This document shows, one piece after another, positions 28,885 to 38,980 of a DNA stretch of 64,000 bases. The translations under genes and the position numbers were made by a program. The stretch is from an uncultured Planctomycetia bacterium (GTDB lineage Bacteria; Planctomycetota; GCA-002687715; DRQF01). The first letter of the stretch is position 1. Each line of letters opens with the position of its first letter. The stretch covers positions 2,231-66,230 of the forward strand of contig CAZLGG010000003.1 in NCBI GenBank assembly GCA_964559135.1. The letters run 5' to 3'. The notes under the pieces are model-generated. The model was not told the origin of the DNA, did no database searches, and saw only the letters and a program-made list of their open reading frames with translations.

Positions 28885-30720
28885 TCAGTCGATCTCGATG
28901 TTCAAAACGTAGGGTCCGGACGAGAGGAAGAGCCAACCTCTGAGGGTCACCCCATAAGTATTCGTGGCGGGGGCCGTCCATGCGGGATGAAGCGAGCCTC
29001 CGATCTCCGCCGCCGTCGCCGGTCCGGAATGGGTATCCGAAACGTAATACCCCTGTCCTCCTTGTCCCCCGATGACGACCTCCGGGTCGAGAAGACCGGA
29101 TTGGAAGACGTAGCCCTTGACCAACCTTTGAGTTTGAAGATCGAAAGGAAAGGCGCGCACCGAAAGTTTCTGGCCGACATCCACGTCCACGTTGATCACG
29201 TGGGACTGGAAGGGGGGAAGAGAATCGACGATCGTCGTGGACTCGGAGATGCTTCCCACGGTGGCGGGACCGGACGAGCCCGTCTGGATGAGAATGTAGG
29301 AACCGAAAGTATCGGCCATGAAGGTCGAGGAACGTCCCTCGGAGTCGGTGACGCGAAGGTGGCCGCTTCGCGCCCCGGCGGGGACGTTCGCCACGATCCG
29401 CCCCCAGGTGTCGAAGTAGGGGGACGAAGACAACCAACTGCCGTCCGGTCCCGGGAACTCCACATTGGAAGCGGCGAGGTTGGACGGGTCGAGACCGTTG
29501 CTGACGATGCGCACCGGAAGCCCCACCTGCGCGAAGTTGGGATCGACGGCGTAGACGATGGGGCCGTCGTCGGGATTCGGAGGTGTGGTCCAGATGCCCA
29601 GATAGTAGTCTCCGACGGCCATGCTGTTGACGCCCTTGACGCGAATCACGTAGTCGCCCAAGGAGGGGGCGAGGAACCGTGGGCCCGTGTGCCAGCCCAC
29701 CGCGGCCGAGAAGCCGGGGCCGCTGTTGTTGTCTTCGAGCAGGGTACCCACGTTCAGCAGTGGATCGACGATCTCGATCTTCGTGTCCAGGCCGCCGGTG
29801 TACGGGGTGTAGGGTGCGATTTCGAGAGTGGCGTAGCTGAAGTTGAAAACCTCGACGCGCAGTTCCTCACCCCGTACGAGATGAACCGTGTATTCGTCCA
29901 CCTCTCCGGGTTGAGAGATGGAGCCCAGAACCGTCACGGCTTCCGTGATCGTGCCATTGGCGAGGCTCGACTCTCCGAGTGCCAGTCCGAAGATGGAGAG
30001 ATAGTGGGCATGATCATCGTAGAGAAGGGGCCCCGAGCCGCCGGTGGTGGTGACCTCGACGTAGCCGGACCTCGCGTTGGCCGGGACGACGACCTGAATG
30101 GCGTTTTCATCCGCGGTGAGGACCGTCATGGGTTGGCCCTCCAGCGTCACGCTGGGAAGGACGCCTCCAGTCCAAATTCCACCCAGGTAGTTCCCGGCGA
30201 TGGTCACGGTCTGCCCCGGGCTCGCGCTGTGGGGAGTGATGGCGCTCAACATGGGTGTCGGCGGAACCGCGACCCCCCCCACGAGCGGGGTGAGAGCGAC
30301 GCCAAACGGGGACGTCGCGTCGGCGACGAGGGCTTGGAAATACACCTTGCTGCCGCCCGGCCATCCGAGGGGGAACGGGGTGAAGCCCAACTGCGTGGCA
30401 CCGGTCCCGTCCAAGAATGCGCTGGAGAAGTTCGCGCTGTTCGGATCGAAGCCGTCGATGGCGACGAAGAAGGTGGGATCGAAGACGTCGACCTCCACCA
30501 CACCCAGGGACGTCACCCAGACGTCGCGCGCCTGGGCGCCGATGAGGGAGAAATTGGCGAGTGGAGATCCTTGCACAGTGAGCGTCGATGTGTCTCCCAA
30601 GACAATGGGCTGGGCATCGGCCACGACGCCGTCCAATAGGAGCTGGGCCGTCTGTGCTTGCAGAGAAGCGGTGAAAATGATTGCGATGATGGCGCTTCCG
30701 AGGATTCTCCAAACTTTCAT
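28885..30720 (-). CDS. Secreted repeat protein (IPT/TIG-like beta-sandwich repeats), hypothetical
   Basis: ORF trimmed to MKVWRILGSAIIAIIFTASLQAQ (AAGGGGG RBS 7 nt upstream). Repeated motifs such as ARSGYVEVTT and ARSGHLRVTD. Confidence 0.5.
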   Translation of the reverse strand: MKVWRILGSAIIAIIFTASLQAQTAQLLLDGVVADAQPIVLGDTSTLTVQGSPLANFSLIGAQARDVWVTSLGVVEVDVFDPTFFVAIDGFDPNSANFSSAFLDGTGATQLGFTPFPLGWPGGSKVYFQALVADATSPFGVALTPLVGGVAVPPTPMLSAITPHSASPGQTVTIAGNYLGGIWTGGVLPSVTLEGQPMTVLTADENAIQVVVPANARSGYVEVTTTGGSGPLLYDDHAHYLSIFGLALGESSLANGTITEAVTVLGSISQPGEVDEYTVHLVRGEELRVEVFNFSYATLEIAPYTPYTGGLDTKIEIVDPLLNVGTLLEDNNSGPGFSAAVGWHTGPRFLAPSLGDYVIRVKGVNSMAVGDYYLGIWTTPPNPDDGPIVYAVDPNFAQVGLPVRIVSNGLDPSNLAASNVEFPGPDGSWLSSSPYFDTWGRIVANVPAGARSGHLRVTDSEGRSSTFMADTFGSYILIQTGSSGPATVGSISESTTIVDSLPPFQSHVINVDVDVGQKLSVRAFPFDLQTQRLVKGYVFQSGLLDPEVVIGGQGGQGYYVSDTHSGPATAAEIGGSLHPAWTAPATNTYGVTLRGWLFLSSGPYVLNIEID

Positions 30721-30906
30721 AGTTTTCCCCCTTGTGATTCCGGGAGTCACCCGTTAGCTGCTCCCCCTCATCGTTCCTTTCGGTCACTCGGTGAAGGTGA
30801 GATAAGGAAAAGTGGCCGGCCACTGGGGAGGCCTGCCCGGGATGGAGCGGGGCTGTTACCCTGGGCGCCGGATGATCCACACCTGGAACTGGAGGGATAA
30901 TGCCCC

Positions 30907-31617
30907 GTGAAATACGGACTTGTGCTCGTTGCCGCGGGACGCGGGGAGCGACTGGGGGCCCCCTGCAACAAAGCCCTCGTGCCGCTTGGAAAAAAGCCTC
31001 TCCTCCTTCACGCCATGGACCGTTTGAGCCGGGTTCCGGGGCTCGAGGAGACCGTCGTGGTCCTCCATCCCGACGATTTGGAGACCGTGAAGGAGGGGGA
31101 ATTGGGAGGCTATCTTTATGCCGTCGGCGTGTCTCGCATGATCGCCGGAGGGGCAAGGAGGCAGGACTCGGTCCTCCTGGGGTTGCAGGCGCTCTCGCCC
31201 GATGTGGGAGGGGTCTTGATCCACGACGCCGCCCGCCCGTTCCCGGACGTCGGCGTGGCGGAACGGCTCCTCGCCGCTCTCGAGGAGCATGGGGGGGCGG
31301 TGCCCGTCGTCCCGGCAACGAGTACGGTGAAACGTGTCGATGCTCGAGGCCGGGTCTTGGACACTCCCGATCGTTCCGCGCTACGCCTGGCACAGACGCC
31401 GCAAGCGGGACGAAGGGCGCTCCTCATACGCGCTCTTGAAGACGCGAACGCCGCTGAGGTCGACGTGACCGACGACGTGCAGGCCTTGGAACGCATGGGC
31501 GAAAGCGTCATCGCCGTCGAGGACAGCCGCTGGAATTTCAAGGTCACCACTCCGGAGGATTTGGCACTGGCGCAGTGCGTCCTCGAACGGGGCCTTGCCG
31601 AAGGAGAATCGCCATGA
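30907..31617 (+). CDS. ispD: 2-C-methyl-D-erythritol 4-phosphate cytidylyltransferase
   Basis: GTG start with GGAGGG 11 nt upstream. VLVAAGRGERLG P-loop-like motif; 236 aa. Confidence 0.85.
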   Translation: MKYGLVLVAAGRGERLGAPCNKALVPLGKKPLLLHAMDRLSRVPGLEETVVVLHPDDLETVKEGELGGYLYAVGVSRMIAGGARRQDSVLLGLQALSPDVGGVLIHDAARPFPDVGVAERLLAALEEHGGAVPVVPATSTVKRVDARGRVLDTPDRSALRLAQTPQAGRRALLIRALEDANAAEVDVTDDVQALERMGESVIAVEDSRWNFKVTTPEDLALAQCVLERGLAEGESP

Positions 31618-32096
31618 GTTATCGCGTCGGAATGGGGTACGACATTCATCGGCTGGTCGACGGCCGGCCCTTGATTCTCGGAGGCGTGTCGATCCCCTTC
31701 TCGCGAGGACTCCTCGGCCACTCGGACGGTGACGCTCTGCTTCATGCGGTCACCGATGCGGTCCTCGGTGGTGCGGCCTTGCCCGACATCGGCGAACTGT
31801 TTCCCGATGACGATCCGAACTGGAAGGGAGCGGACAGCCGTCGACTCTTGGCACTGGCGATGGAGAAGGTGGCGGAGGCGGGCTATCGCGTCCGCAACGT
31901 GGACGTCAATATCCTCGCGGAGCGCCCGAAACTTTCTCCCTTCAAGGCGGCCATGCGTGAGGGGGTCGCGGAGATTCTCAAGATCCCGCCGGTGGATGTC
32001 AGCATCAAGGCAAAAACCCGCGAGCGACTGGATGCCGTCGGTCATGGGGAGGCCATCGAGGTGCACTGTGTCGTTCTTCTGATGGAGGAGCCGTGA
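31614..32096 (+). CDS. ispF: 2-C-methyl-D-erythritol 2,4-cyclodiphosphate synthase
   Basis: ORF trimmed to MSYRVGMGYDIHRL…SDGD (zinc-binding D-H…H). ATGA overlap with ispD. Confidence 0.9.
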   Translation: MSYRVGMGYDIHRLVDGRPLILGGVSIPFSRGLLGHSDGDALLHAVTDAVLGGAALPDIGELFPDDDPNWKGADSRRLLALAMEKVAEAGYRVRNVDVNILAERPKLSPFKAAMREGVAEILKIPPVDVSIKAKTRERLDAVGHGEAIEVHCVVLLMEEP

Positions 32097-33358
32097 TCAT
32101 GAGGATCGAAGTGGCTGCCGTTCTTCTCATGCTCTGCGTCCCTCCGTGGGCCCTCGGGCAGGAAGAGAAGATCGCGAGGGACGTGGCGCGATTGGAAACC
32201 TGCCTCGTGCAGACGCGGGAGTTGGGGGAGACGGCCGCGCGGGCTCTCGGCAGGGCGCGCCGTTCCCACCGCGAGGGCGCGTGGGTCTATGGGGCACTTC
32301 GGCGCACCCTCGAAGGGGCGAAACCCGTGGTCGGTCTCGGGAAAAAGGACGTGGCGGCTCGGGTGCAGCGTCTCACCAAGGCGCTCCGTTCCGTGATCGA
32401 TGATGGAATGGAGGCGGTTTTGCCCCTGAGAACCCGCATCGGGGAGTTGAAGAATGAAGGGGCGGTCGAAGCGGGCGAGCCGAAGAACTCCACGGTTGCT
32501 TTCCTCGTCGCGATCCTCGGGAGGGTGGAGGATTCCGTCGTCGCCGCGGCGGCGCGCAAGGCCCTCGGTACGAAGGGCGGGGGCGTCTACTTGGGGATGT
32601 GGGAGAAGGAGCGCGCTTGGCGTGCGAATTACCTCGAGGGATTTCGGCTGATCCTCGAGGACATCGTTGCCGCCGAGGATCAGCGCGTTCTCGCCGCCGA
32701 CGCCATCGGGCAACTCACGCTCACCGAGGACGCCTCGGAGCGCGCGCGAATGATCGGGATCTGCCGCGGGGTGCTCACGTCGAAGGCCCCCGTTCCGCCT
32801 GCGGGCGTGAGGGACGCTGTCATCTTCGCTCTCGCCCGACTGGGTGAACGGGAACCTTTTCTCTCCCGCGTGCGTCCGATCATGAAGCAGTTGAAGGACC
32901 TCTCCCGCCAGGAGCCTCCGGACGCCAACAGGATTCTCGGTCTGCAACTCGAGTTGGCGGCGCTCTACATGGGCGCCTATGACTACGAGAACGCGACGAG
33001 GGCCTACGCCTCCGCCTTGGGGATCCTCTATCAGAACGTCACCTTCGACCGCACGAGCCCACAGGGGCGAGCGGAGATCGCGAACGCCCTCTACAACCTC
33101 GCGTGCACGCTGGCGCGCTCGGGTCGGTCCAACAAGGCCCTCGCGATCCTCGATCAGGCCTTCGCGTGGGGCTTGCGCTCCTTTTCCTGGTGTCGGAAAG
33201 ACGGGGACCTGAAATCCTTGCGCGCCCAGCCGCGATTCGATCCCCTCCTTGACGCCTGGGAGAAGGGCCGGAAAAAACCTGGAGACGGCATCCTTCCCGG
33301 CTCCGACTTCCTGAAACTCATGGCGGCGTTTTTGCCGAGCACGAATCCGTCGAAGTAA
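32093..33358 (+). CDS. Secreted hypothetical protein (421 aa, TPR-like C-terminus)
   Basis: Signal peptide MIMRIEVAAVLLMLCVPPWALGQ. ATG overlaps the ispF stop (ATGA). Confidence 0.5.
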   Translation: MIMRIEVAAVLLMLCVPPWALGQEEKIARDVARLETCLVQTRELGETAARALGRARRSHREGAWVYGALRRTLEGAKPVVGLGKKDVAARVQRLTKALRSVIDDGMEAVLPLRTRIGELKNEGAVEAGEPKNSTVAFLVAILGRVEDSVVAAAARKALGTKGGGVYLGMWEKERAWRANYLEGFRLILEDIVAAEDQRVLAADAIGQLTLTEDASERARMIGICRGVLTSKAPVPPAGVRDAVIFALARLGEREPFLSRVRPIMKQLKDLSRQEPPDANRILGLQLELAALYMGAYDYENATRAYASALGILYQNVTFDRTSPQGRAEIANALYNLACTLARSGRSNKALAILDQAFAWGLRSFSWCRKDGDLKSLRAQPRFDPLLDAWEKGRKKPGDGILPGSDFLKLMAAFLPSTNPSK

Positions 33359-33442
33359 CGGCGATTTCAAAAAAATCGAACCCTGCTTCGAGCCGTGCGT
33401 CCATGAGGGGCGGAACGCAGTCCTTTGAAACGGAGCAAGAAC

Positions 33443-34369
33443 ATGGATCGACGCGGATTCGTTCGCGGCCTCATCGCGGCGCCGATGGTTTTCGGGCTCG
33501 GGAAGCTGGGCGTCGGGAGCGAGCTTGGCGGCCAGGACGCGGAGGGCCTCGTCAAGATCGGACTGAAGCGCATGAAGGAGTTGGGGCTTCCGGGATTGGT
33601 GATCGTTCCCCCGAAAGACGAGAATCGCCGCATGGAACTCGGGCGAGGTCTCTTTCGACTCGTGAAGGGCATCTCGTCCCCCGAGGCAGACGATTTTGTT
33701 GGTCCCAAGTTTCAAGCGGTGGCGCGACGGGGCAAGGCTGTCACTTGGACCTGCGTCATCATCTGTCTCGAGGAGGAGGAGGCGTGGAAAGAATTCGGTG
33801 AGACGTCGCCGCGCATGGTCATCGACGAGAGGGGCAAGGTCCTGAGGAGAATGGATGATCCCCCGGAGTCCGTGGAGCAGAATCTGGCGAAGAGGCTCAT
33901 CGATCTCGTCCATGGCGCGAAGATCGAGCATCTCGAGGAACGGGTCGCCCGACTGAAGAAGACACTGCCGAAGGAGCTGGCCGGCAGCTACGAGGCCTTC
34001 CTGCGGGACATGGCCGAAAGGGAGGCTCCACTCTTCTCGGTACCGAGAACCGCTGAGTACAAGAAACTCGTGGAACGGGCCAAGGCGTACCTCGAGAGGG
34101 AGCCCAGGCTCTCGGGCTGGTTCGGCCTGGCCCTCCTGCGAATCACGTCACGAAAGAACACCTATCTCGATGCTCTGTTCGACTCACTGCGAAAGGACCG
34201 CCTACCCTTGGGGACGTCCATGCCCCGATTCGTGCCGATGGGCTGCCTGTCCTACACGGAGGTCAAGCCGGGCATGGCGAAACCCAAGGGCGAGGTGATC
34301 GCTTGCGGCATGCCGAGTCTCTCCTCGACAGGGGGGCGGTTTTTGCGTTTCGTGGCGAAAGTGAAGTAG
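33443..34369 (+). CDS. Hypothetical Tat-signal protein (309 aa)
   Basis: ORF 33425..34369 trimmed to MDRRGFVRGLIAAPMVFGLGKLG (twin-arginine motif; GGAGCAAG RBS). Four Cys (TWTCVIIC, MGC, IAC). Stop lies 4 nt before the start of the DUF692 gene. Confidence 0.5.
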   Translation: MDRRGFVRGLIAAPMVFGLGKLGVGSELGGQDAEGLVKIGLKRMKELGLPGLVIVPPKDENRRMELGRGLFRLVKGISSPEADDFVGPKFQAVARRGKAVTWTCVIICLEEEEAWKEFGETSPRMVIDERGKVLRRMDDPPESVEQNLAKRLIDLVHGAKIEHLEERVARLKKTLPKELAGSYEAFLRDMAEREAPLFSVPRTAEYKKLVERAKAYLEREPRLSGWFGLALLRITSRKNTYLDALFDSLRKDRLPLGTSMPRFVPMGCLSYTEVKPGMAKPKGEVIACGMPSLSSTGGRFLRFVAKVK

Positions 34370-34372
34370 TTC

Positions 34373-35629
34373 ATGGGGCCTCTGGGCGTCGGTTTTTCCT
34401 TGCACGCCGACGCCGATTTCTTGGAAGTGACCCGTCCGCTCATCGAGGAGGAGGCGGACTACTTCGAGGTGGCGCCGGAAATGCTTTGGCGACCGGGGGG
34501 CGACCCCTTGGAACCGAATGACTTCTTCGATCTGTTCTTGAACTTGAAGCGTCGTTCGGGACGACCGTTCACGGCTCACGGTTTGGCCTTTTCCCTCGGC
34601 TCCGATCCCTCGGAACGCTGTGAGCAAGTCCGGTTCGATCGCTGGTTGCGCGGCCTGGACCTCTGCCACGCGGCGTTCGATTTTCGATGGTTCTCGGACC
34701 ATCTGGGGTGGGTGTTTGCCGAGGGGCTGAATCCCGTCTTCCCGCTTCCGCTCCCGATGACCGCGGAGGCGGTGGAGAGGGTGGTCGCCCGTCTCGATCG
34801 GATCGCCGAGATCGTCCCCGTCGTGGCTTTCGAAAACGGCGCGGACGCATTTCGTTTGGGCCCGCCCGGCCTCGAGGCCCCGTTCTGGAACGCCATCACG
34901 GGGCATGCGGGCGCGCAAATGCTCCTCGATCTGCACAACCTTTACACGGAGTCGGTCAATCTCGGCTTCGATCCCGAGGAGGTGCTCCGGCAGCTCGACC
35001 TCTCTCGGGTCATCCAGATCCATTTGAGCGGGGGCAGTCTGAGCGATGGGGACTGGATGCACTCCGGCCGCCAATTCCGCTTGGACAGTCACGACAACGC
35101 CGTGCCCGAGGACGTTTGGCGGCTCTATGAATCGGTGCTTCCCCACTGCCACGGTTTGAGGGGCGTGGTGGTGGAGCGCCTCAATGGGACGGTCCATTCC
35201 GCCGAGGACGTGGACGAACTCCGGCAGGAGATGGGGAGGGCCCGGGCTCTTCTGCAGGCGCGCGACCTTGCGGCTCCCCGTTCGCTCGGTCCTTCCTCGC
35301 CTCTCCCCGCGGGCGGGAGCCTCTCGGGGCTCCAACGGCACCTCGTCCGGCACATCGCGGACAGCGATTCCTTCCCCAACCTCGACCTCCGGGCCTATCC
35401 CGAGCTTCGTCACGTCGACCCCGAGGGCTACCGCCTGACGACCCTCATCGTGCGCAAGCTTCGCTTCGAGCGGCTCTGCCTGGCGCATGGAGACGTGGCC
35501 AGAGCCTTCGAGACCGAACCGGCGGCGCTCCTCGATCTCTACGAGCGCTTCGCCCACGATGTGCCGCCCCATGCCGTCTTCCCCTCCGACGACGCCCGAG
35601 CCTGGCAGGACTGGCGCGCGTCCCCTTGA
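34373..35629 (+). CDS. DUF692/UPF0276 (MNIO, MbnB/TglH-like TIM-barrel) enzyme fused to a C-terminal DUF2063/MbnC-like partner domain
   Basis: N-terminal about 280 aa carry DUF692 hallmarks GVGFSLH, YFEVAPE, HGLAFSLGS, WFSDHLGW, LPLPMTAEAV, AFENGADAF. An extra C-terminal extension of about 130 aa (…YRLTTLIVRKLRFERLCLAHGDVARAF…LYERFAHDVPP) is partner-like. Confidence 0.65.
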   Translation: MGPLGVGFSLHADADFLEVTRPLIEEEADYFEVAPEMLWRPGGDPLEPNDFFDLFLNLKRRSGRPFTAHGLAFSLGSDPSERCEQVRFDRWLRGLDLCHAAFDFRWFSDHLGWVFAEGLNPVFPLPLPMTAEAVERVVARLDRIAEIVPVVAFENGADAFRLGPPGLEAPFWNAITGHAGAQMLLDLHNLYTESVNLGFDPEEVLRQLDLSRVIQIHLSGGSLSDGDWMHSGRQFRLDSHDNAVPEDVWRLYESVLPHCHGLRGVVVERLNGTVHSAEDVDELRQEMGRARALLQARDLAAPRSLGPSSPLPAGGSLSGLQRHLVRHIADSDSFPNLDLRAYPELRHVDPEGYRLTTLIVRKLRFERLCLAHGDVARAFETEPAALLDLYERFAHDVPPHAVFPSDDARAWQDWRASP

Positions 35630-35670
35630 CTTCGCTCCCCGAAGCCGTCACTATTCCGGCACGTAACCCA

Positions 35671-35742
<72 letters not shown>

Positions 35743-35916
35743 CTCGAATCGTCAGCCCCCCCACCGGCTCTCATCTCTGGAGCGGTTTCGTGTCCACCTG
35801 AGAGGGATCGGCATGTGCAGAAACCGCTCCGGTCGTCCACCCCGCGCCCGTCGTCCTTCCTGATTTCTAAACCTGGTATGCTGGGAGGACGGGGGAAATT
35901 CCGAATGAGGATGGAG

Positions 35917-36801
35917 ATGCCCATGTTCAATGCGAAGAGTGTCATTCTTCTCTTCATCGTCGGGGCGGTCATCGGTGCGGCGTCCTGCCGTGAAATGCTC
36001 GATCAGTTTCATTTCGGTTCGGTGCAGACACGCCCCAGCCCGATCGGTGTGCAAGGAGGGCAGGTGTCCTCCGATCAGGGGCTCTTGACGATCGATTTTC
36101 CCGCCGGGGCCTTCTCGACGACCACTCTGATCGGTGTCTCCCGTCTCTCGGCCGCTCAACTGTCCGGACCGGTCGAAACTCTGAATCCTGTGGCCGGCTG
36201 GGACGTTGCGCCCACGGGGGCTCAGCTCAATCTTCCCGCGACCGTCACCATACATCTCGATCTTCCGTCCGGGAGTTCGACGGGGAACCTGTCGGTGGAA
36301 TTGCCTCGCGTCGTGGTCTTGCGGAACGGAACGATCGAATTTGCGAGCATGACGACTGTCGAGGCCCACATCGCTCAAGGATCGATGACCGTGACGACGG
36401 AGATCTTGCAATTGGGGCGGATCGTCGTGGTCAATCCCGGTGCCGGAGGTGTCCAGATCGGTTTCCAATACCCCACGACGATCTCCGCGTTCGGGCCGGT
36501 CCCGATCGACGCAACATTCCACCACGTGGGGGGAATCACGGATGTGGTGTGGTCGGCCTCGTCCACGGGGAATCTCGAGATCTCTCCCTTCGACGGGATG
36601 TTCGGTCCTCCCGGTATCATCTTCGATCCCCTGGGCGGCGCCCAGCTGGTTGAAGATTCCTTCGACATGGACTGTGGACCGAACGGTGGAGGTGGCTCGT
36701 TTTCCGTGACGCTGAGCATGAGCCATGCACACCCTCAGAACGGGACTCCTCAGGGAATCACTGTGTTTCGTCTCCTGGATTCCCTTTCCTGCTCGGAATG
36801 A
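35917..36801 (+). CDS. Secreted hypothetical protein (possible lipoprotein)
   Basis: ORF 35815..36801 trimmed to MPMFNAKSVILLFIVGAVIGAASC (GAGGA RBS). Beta-rich; no catalytic motifs. Confidence 0.45.
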   Translation: MPMFNAKSVILLFIVGAVIGAASCREMLDQFHFGSVQTRPSPIGVQGGQVSSDQGLLTIDFPAGAFSTTTLIGVSRLSAAQLSGPVETLNPVAGWDVAPTGAQLNLPATVTIHLDLPSGSSTGNLSVELPRVVVLRNGTIEFASMTTVEAHIAQGSMTVTTEILQLGRIVVVNPGAGGVQIGFQYPTTISAFGPVPIDATFHHVGGITDVVWSASSTGNLEISPFDGMFGPPGIIFDPLGGAQLVEDSFDMDCGPNGGGGSFSVTLSMSHAHPQNGTPQGITVFRLLDSLSCSE

Positions 36802-37021
36802 TCGCATCCACCAATCCAGCACGGACTCGAGGCCGCGCTTGGCGCCGTGATTCTCAATTCGCTCTGGCGTTTTTCCTTTATGCCCGGGCCATGAGGTCGC
36901 GCGGCATTCTCCGCTGAAGAGCTGAGGATGGTCTCGGAGTCCTGGAGCGCACTCTGGATTTCTTGCTCCCACCGGGGCCCTTGGGGAGTGTAGAATGACC
37001 GGGTTCATGGAGACGCCCGTC

Positions 37022-38845
37022 ATGCTGAAATCCCCGATTCTGATTCTTCTCACAGCCCTCCCCCTTCTCGCTCAGAACGGGACATCGGTCGGTCTCGGCG
37101 GCGGGGGGGCGCTGCCGGCGACGCCCGGTCCGTGTCTGAGTCCCATCGACCATGCACGGGTCACGGCGAATCTGGCCTCCTACCAGGCGGCGCAGCCGGA
37201 AATCGCCGGGACCGCCACGTTGCCTCAGGCGCTCAGCTACTATCCCCTCGCGGCCATTTTCCGTGAGGACATGGCGATCTCCAACTACGTCGATCTGGAT
37301 GGGGACGTCGGCAGCATTCTCGACTACGACTGTGGCACGAAGACCTTCGATGGACACGACGCATCGGATGCGCTCATTCGCACCTTCGATGAGCAGGTCA
37401 TCGGGGTGCCGGTGTTTGCCGTCGCCGACGGGGTCGTGGTGGGAACCCACGACGGCGAGCCGGACATGAATACGCAGGCGCTCGGGCAGGCGGCGAATTT
37501 CGTGATGATCGACCACGGGGGGCGAGTGGCCTTCTATTGGCACCTAAAGATGGGGAGCGTTCTCGTCACTCCCGGTCAGCAGGTGCTCGAGGGACAGGAG
37601 ATCGGTCGTTGTGGCGCCAGCGGGAACACCTTTGTTCCGGCCCTCCATTTTGCCTTCACGGAGAACGGCGTTCCCATCGAGCCCTTCAAGGGGAGTTGCA
37701 ACACCCAGCCCAGTTTTTGGATGCAGCAACCACCGGTCCCGACGCAGACCGTCCTCTACGATGTTGCCGTCAGCCGCACGGTGCCCAATCCGGGCGTTCC
37801 CTTCTCACTTCCCCGGGACGGAGAGATCGCCCTGTCTGATCCGGTGGTCTACATCTGGATGCATCTGGCTGATCTTCCCGCCAACACCACATGGCGCTTT
37901 CTCTTCGATCAACCCAATGGCACCCTCGACTTCGACTCCGGTGTCGGGAATTTCAACAACCCGCAGTGGGGCTCGGCATGGTTTTGGTTCAACTGGAACG
38001 TGCCGAACATGCATGTCATCACGGGGACTTGGACCGTACGTGTGGAGATCAACGGTGTGCAGGTCGCGGCCTTGCCGTTCGAGGTCGTGACCACGCCCAC
38101 GCCGGGACTCAACCATCCACCGGAAGCCGTCACGGTGACGATGGAACCCGGCGAGCCAAGCGTGAATGACACGCTGAGATGCCGCGTCACGTCGTCGAAC
38201 CTCCTGGACGACCTCGATTTCGATGTGGTGTCCCATCGTTTCCTGTGGCGTGTCAACGGGGTCGTCGTTCGGGACGAGACCGTTGCGGCGCGGGCCGATC
38301 TGTTGCCCCGAAGCCTCTTCGGTGTCGGCGATGTGGTCACCTGCGTCGTGACGCCCAGTGACGGGACGGCGACAGGGGCACCCGATACCGCGTCGGTCAC
38401 CATTTCGGCGGGTTTCCCGGGAAGCGGCGACGATTTGGAACTGCGGTCCGGGGTGGACGCATTGCCGTCTCTGAGACCCCATGTGGTGGATCTGCAGACG
38501 AGTGACCCTCTCCTCCTGCGGATCTTTTCTCCCCAGGGACAGCAGGTCGGGCGCCCCCCTGTCCTGCTCGGACAGCTCTTTGCGACCGGGTCCCCACCGA
38601 CCTCGCCCACCGGATTTCCCGAGTTCCACCTTTCACCGTTCCAACCCCTCTTCGTGCTTTTCGACGGCAACGTGGCGACACCCATCGGCCCCATCCTGCT
38701 GCCCTCGGGGGGACTGGATCTCCTCTTCAGTATCCCCCCTGGTCTGGCAGGAAACAGCCTCATGATTCAGGCGCTGACGGTCACCAACACGGCAAACAAT
38801 GGTTTCTTTGCCGCCAGCAACGCCAAGGAGCTCCGGTTCCTCTGA
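37022..38845 (+). CDS. Secreted M23 (LytM-type) metallopeptidase domain protein with a large C-terminal extension
   Basis: ORF trimmed to MLKSPILILLTALPLLAQ (GGAGACG RBS). M23 motifs HGGRVAFYWHL and GASGNTFVPALHFA. Confidence 0.7.
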   Translation: MLKSPILILLTALPLLAQNGTSVGLGGGGALPATPGPCLSPIDHARVTANLASYQAAQPEIAGTATLPQALSYYPLAAIFREDMAISNYVDLDGDVGSILDYDCGTKTFDGHDASDALIRTFDEQVIGVPVFAVADGVVVGTHDGEPDMNTQALGQAANFVMIDHGGRVAFYWHLKMGSVLVTPGQQVLEGQEIGRCGASGNTFVPALHFAFTENGVPIEPFKGSCNTQPSFWMQQPPVPTQTVLYDVAVSRTVPNPGVPFSLPRDGEIALSDPVVYIWMHLADLPANTTWRFLFDQPNGTLDFDSGVGNFNNPQWGSAWFWFNWNVPNMHVITGTWTVRVEINGVQVAALPFEVVTTPTPGLNHPPEAVTVTMEPGEPSVNDTLRCRVTSSNLLDDLDFDVVSHRFLWRVNGVVVRDETVAARADLLPRSLFGVGDVVTCVVTPSDGTATGAPDTASVTISAGFPGSGDDLELRSGVDALPSLRPHVVDLQTSDPLLLRIFSPQGQQVGRPPVLLGQLFATGSPPTSPTGFPEFHLSPFQPLFVLFDGNVATPIGPILLPSGGLDLLFSIPPGLAGNSLMIQALTVTNTANNGFFAASNAKELRFL

Positions 38846-38980
38846 AGGGCCGCGCGCGGTTTCGTGTGCGTCGAAGAGTCCATGAGGAACACGTTTGAGA
38901 GGAACGACCGCGCGGGACACAATGCGTCGTGCCGTCGTCCTCGGCACGACGACCCCGGCTCTGAACCACGGAGGAACCTC

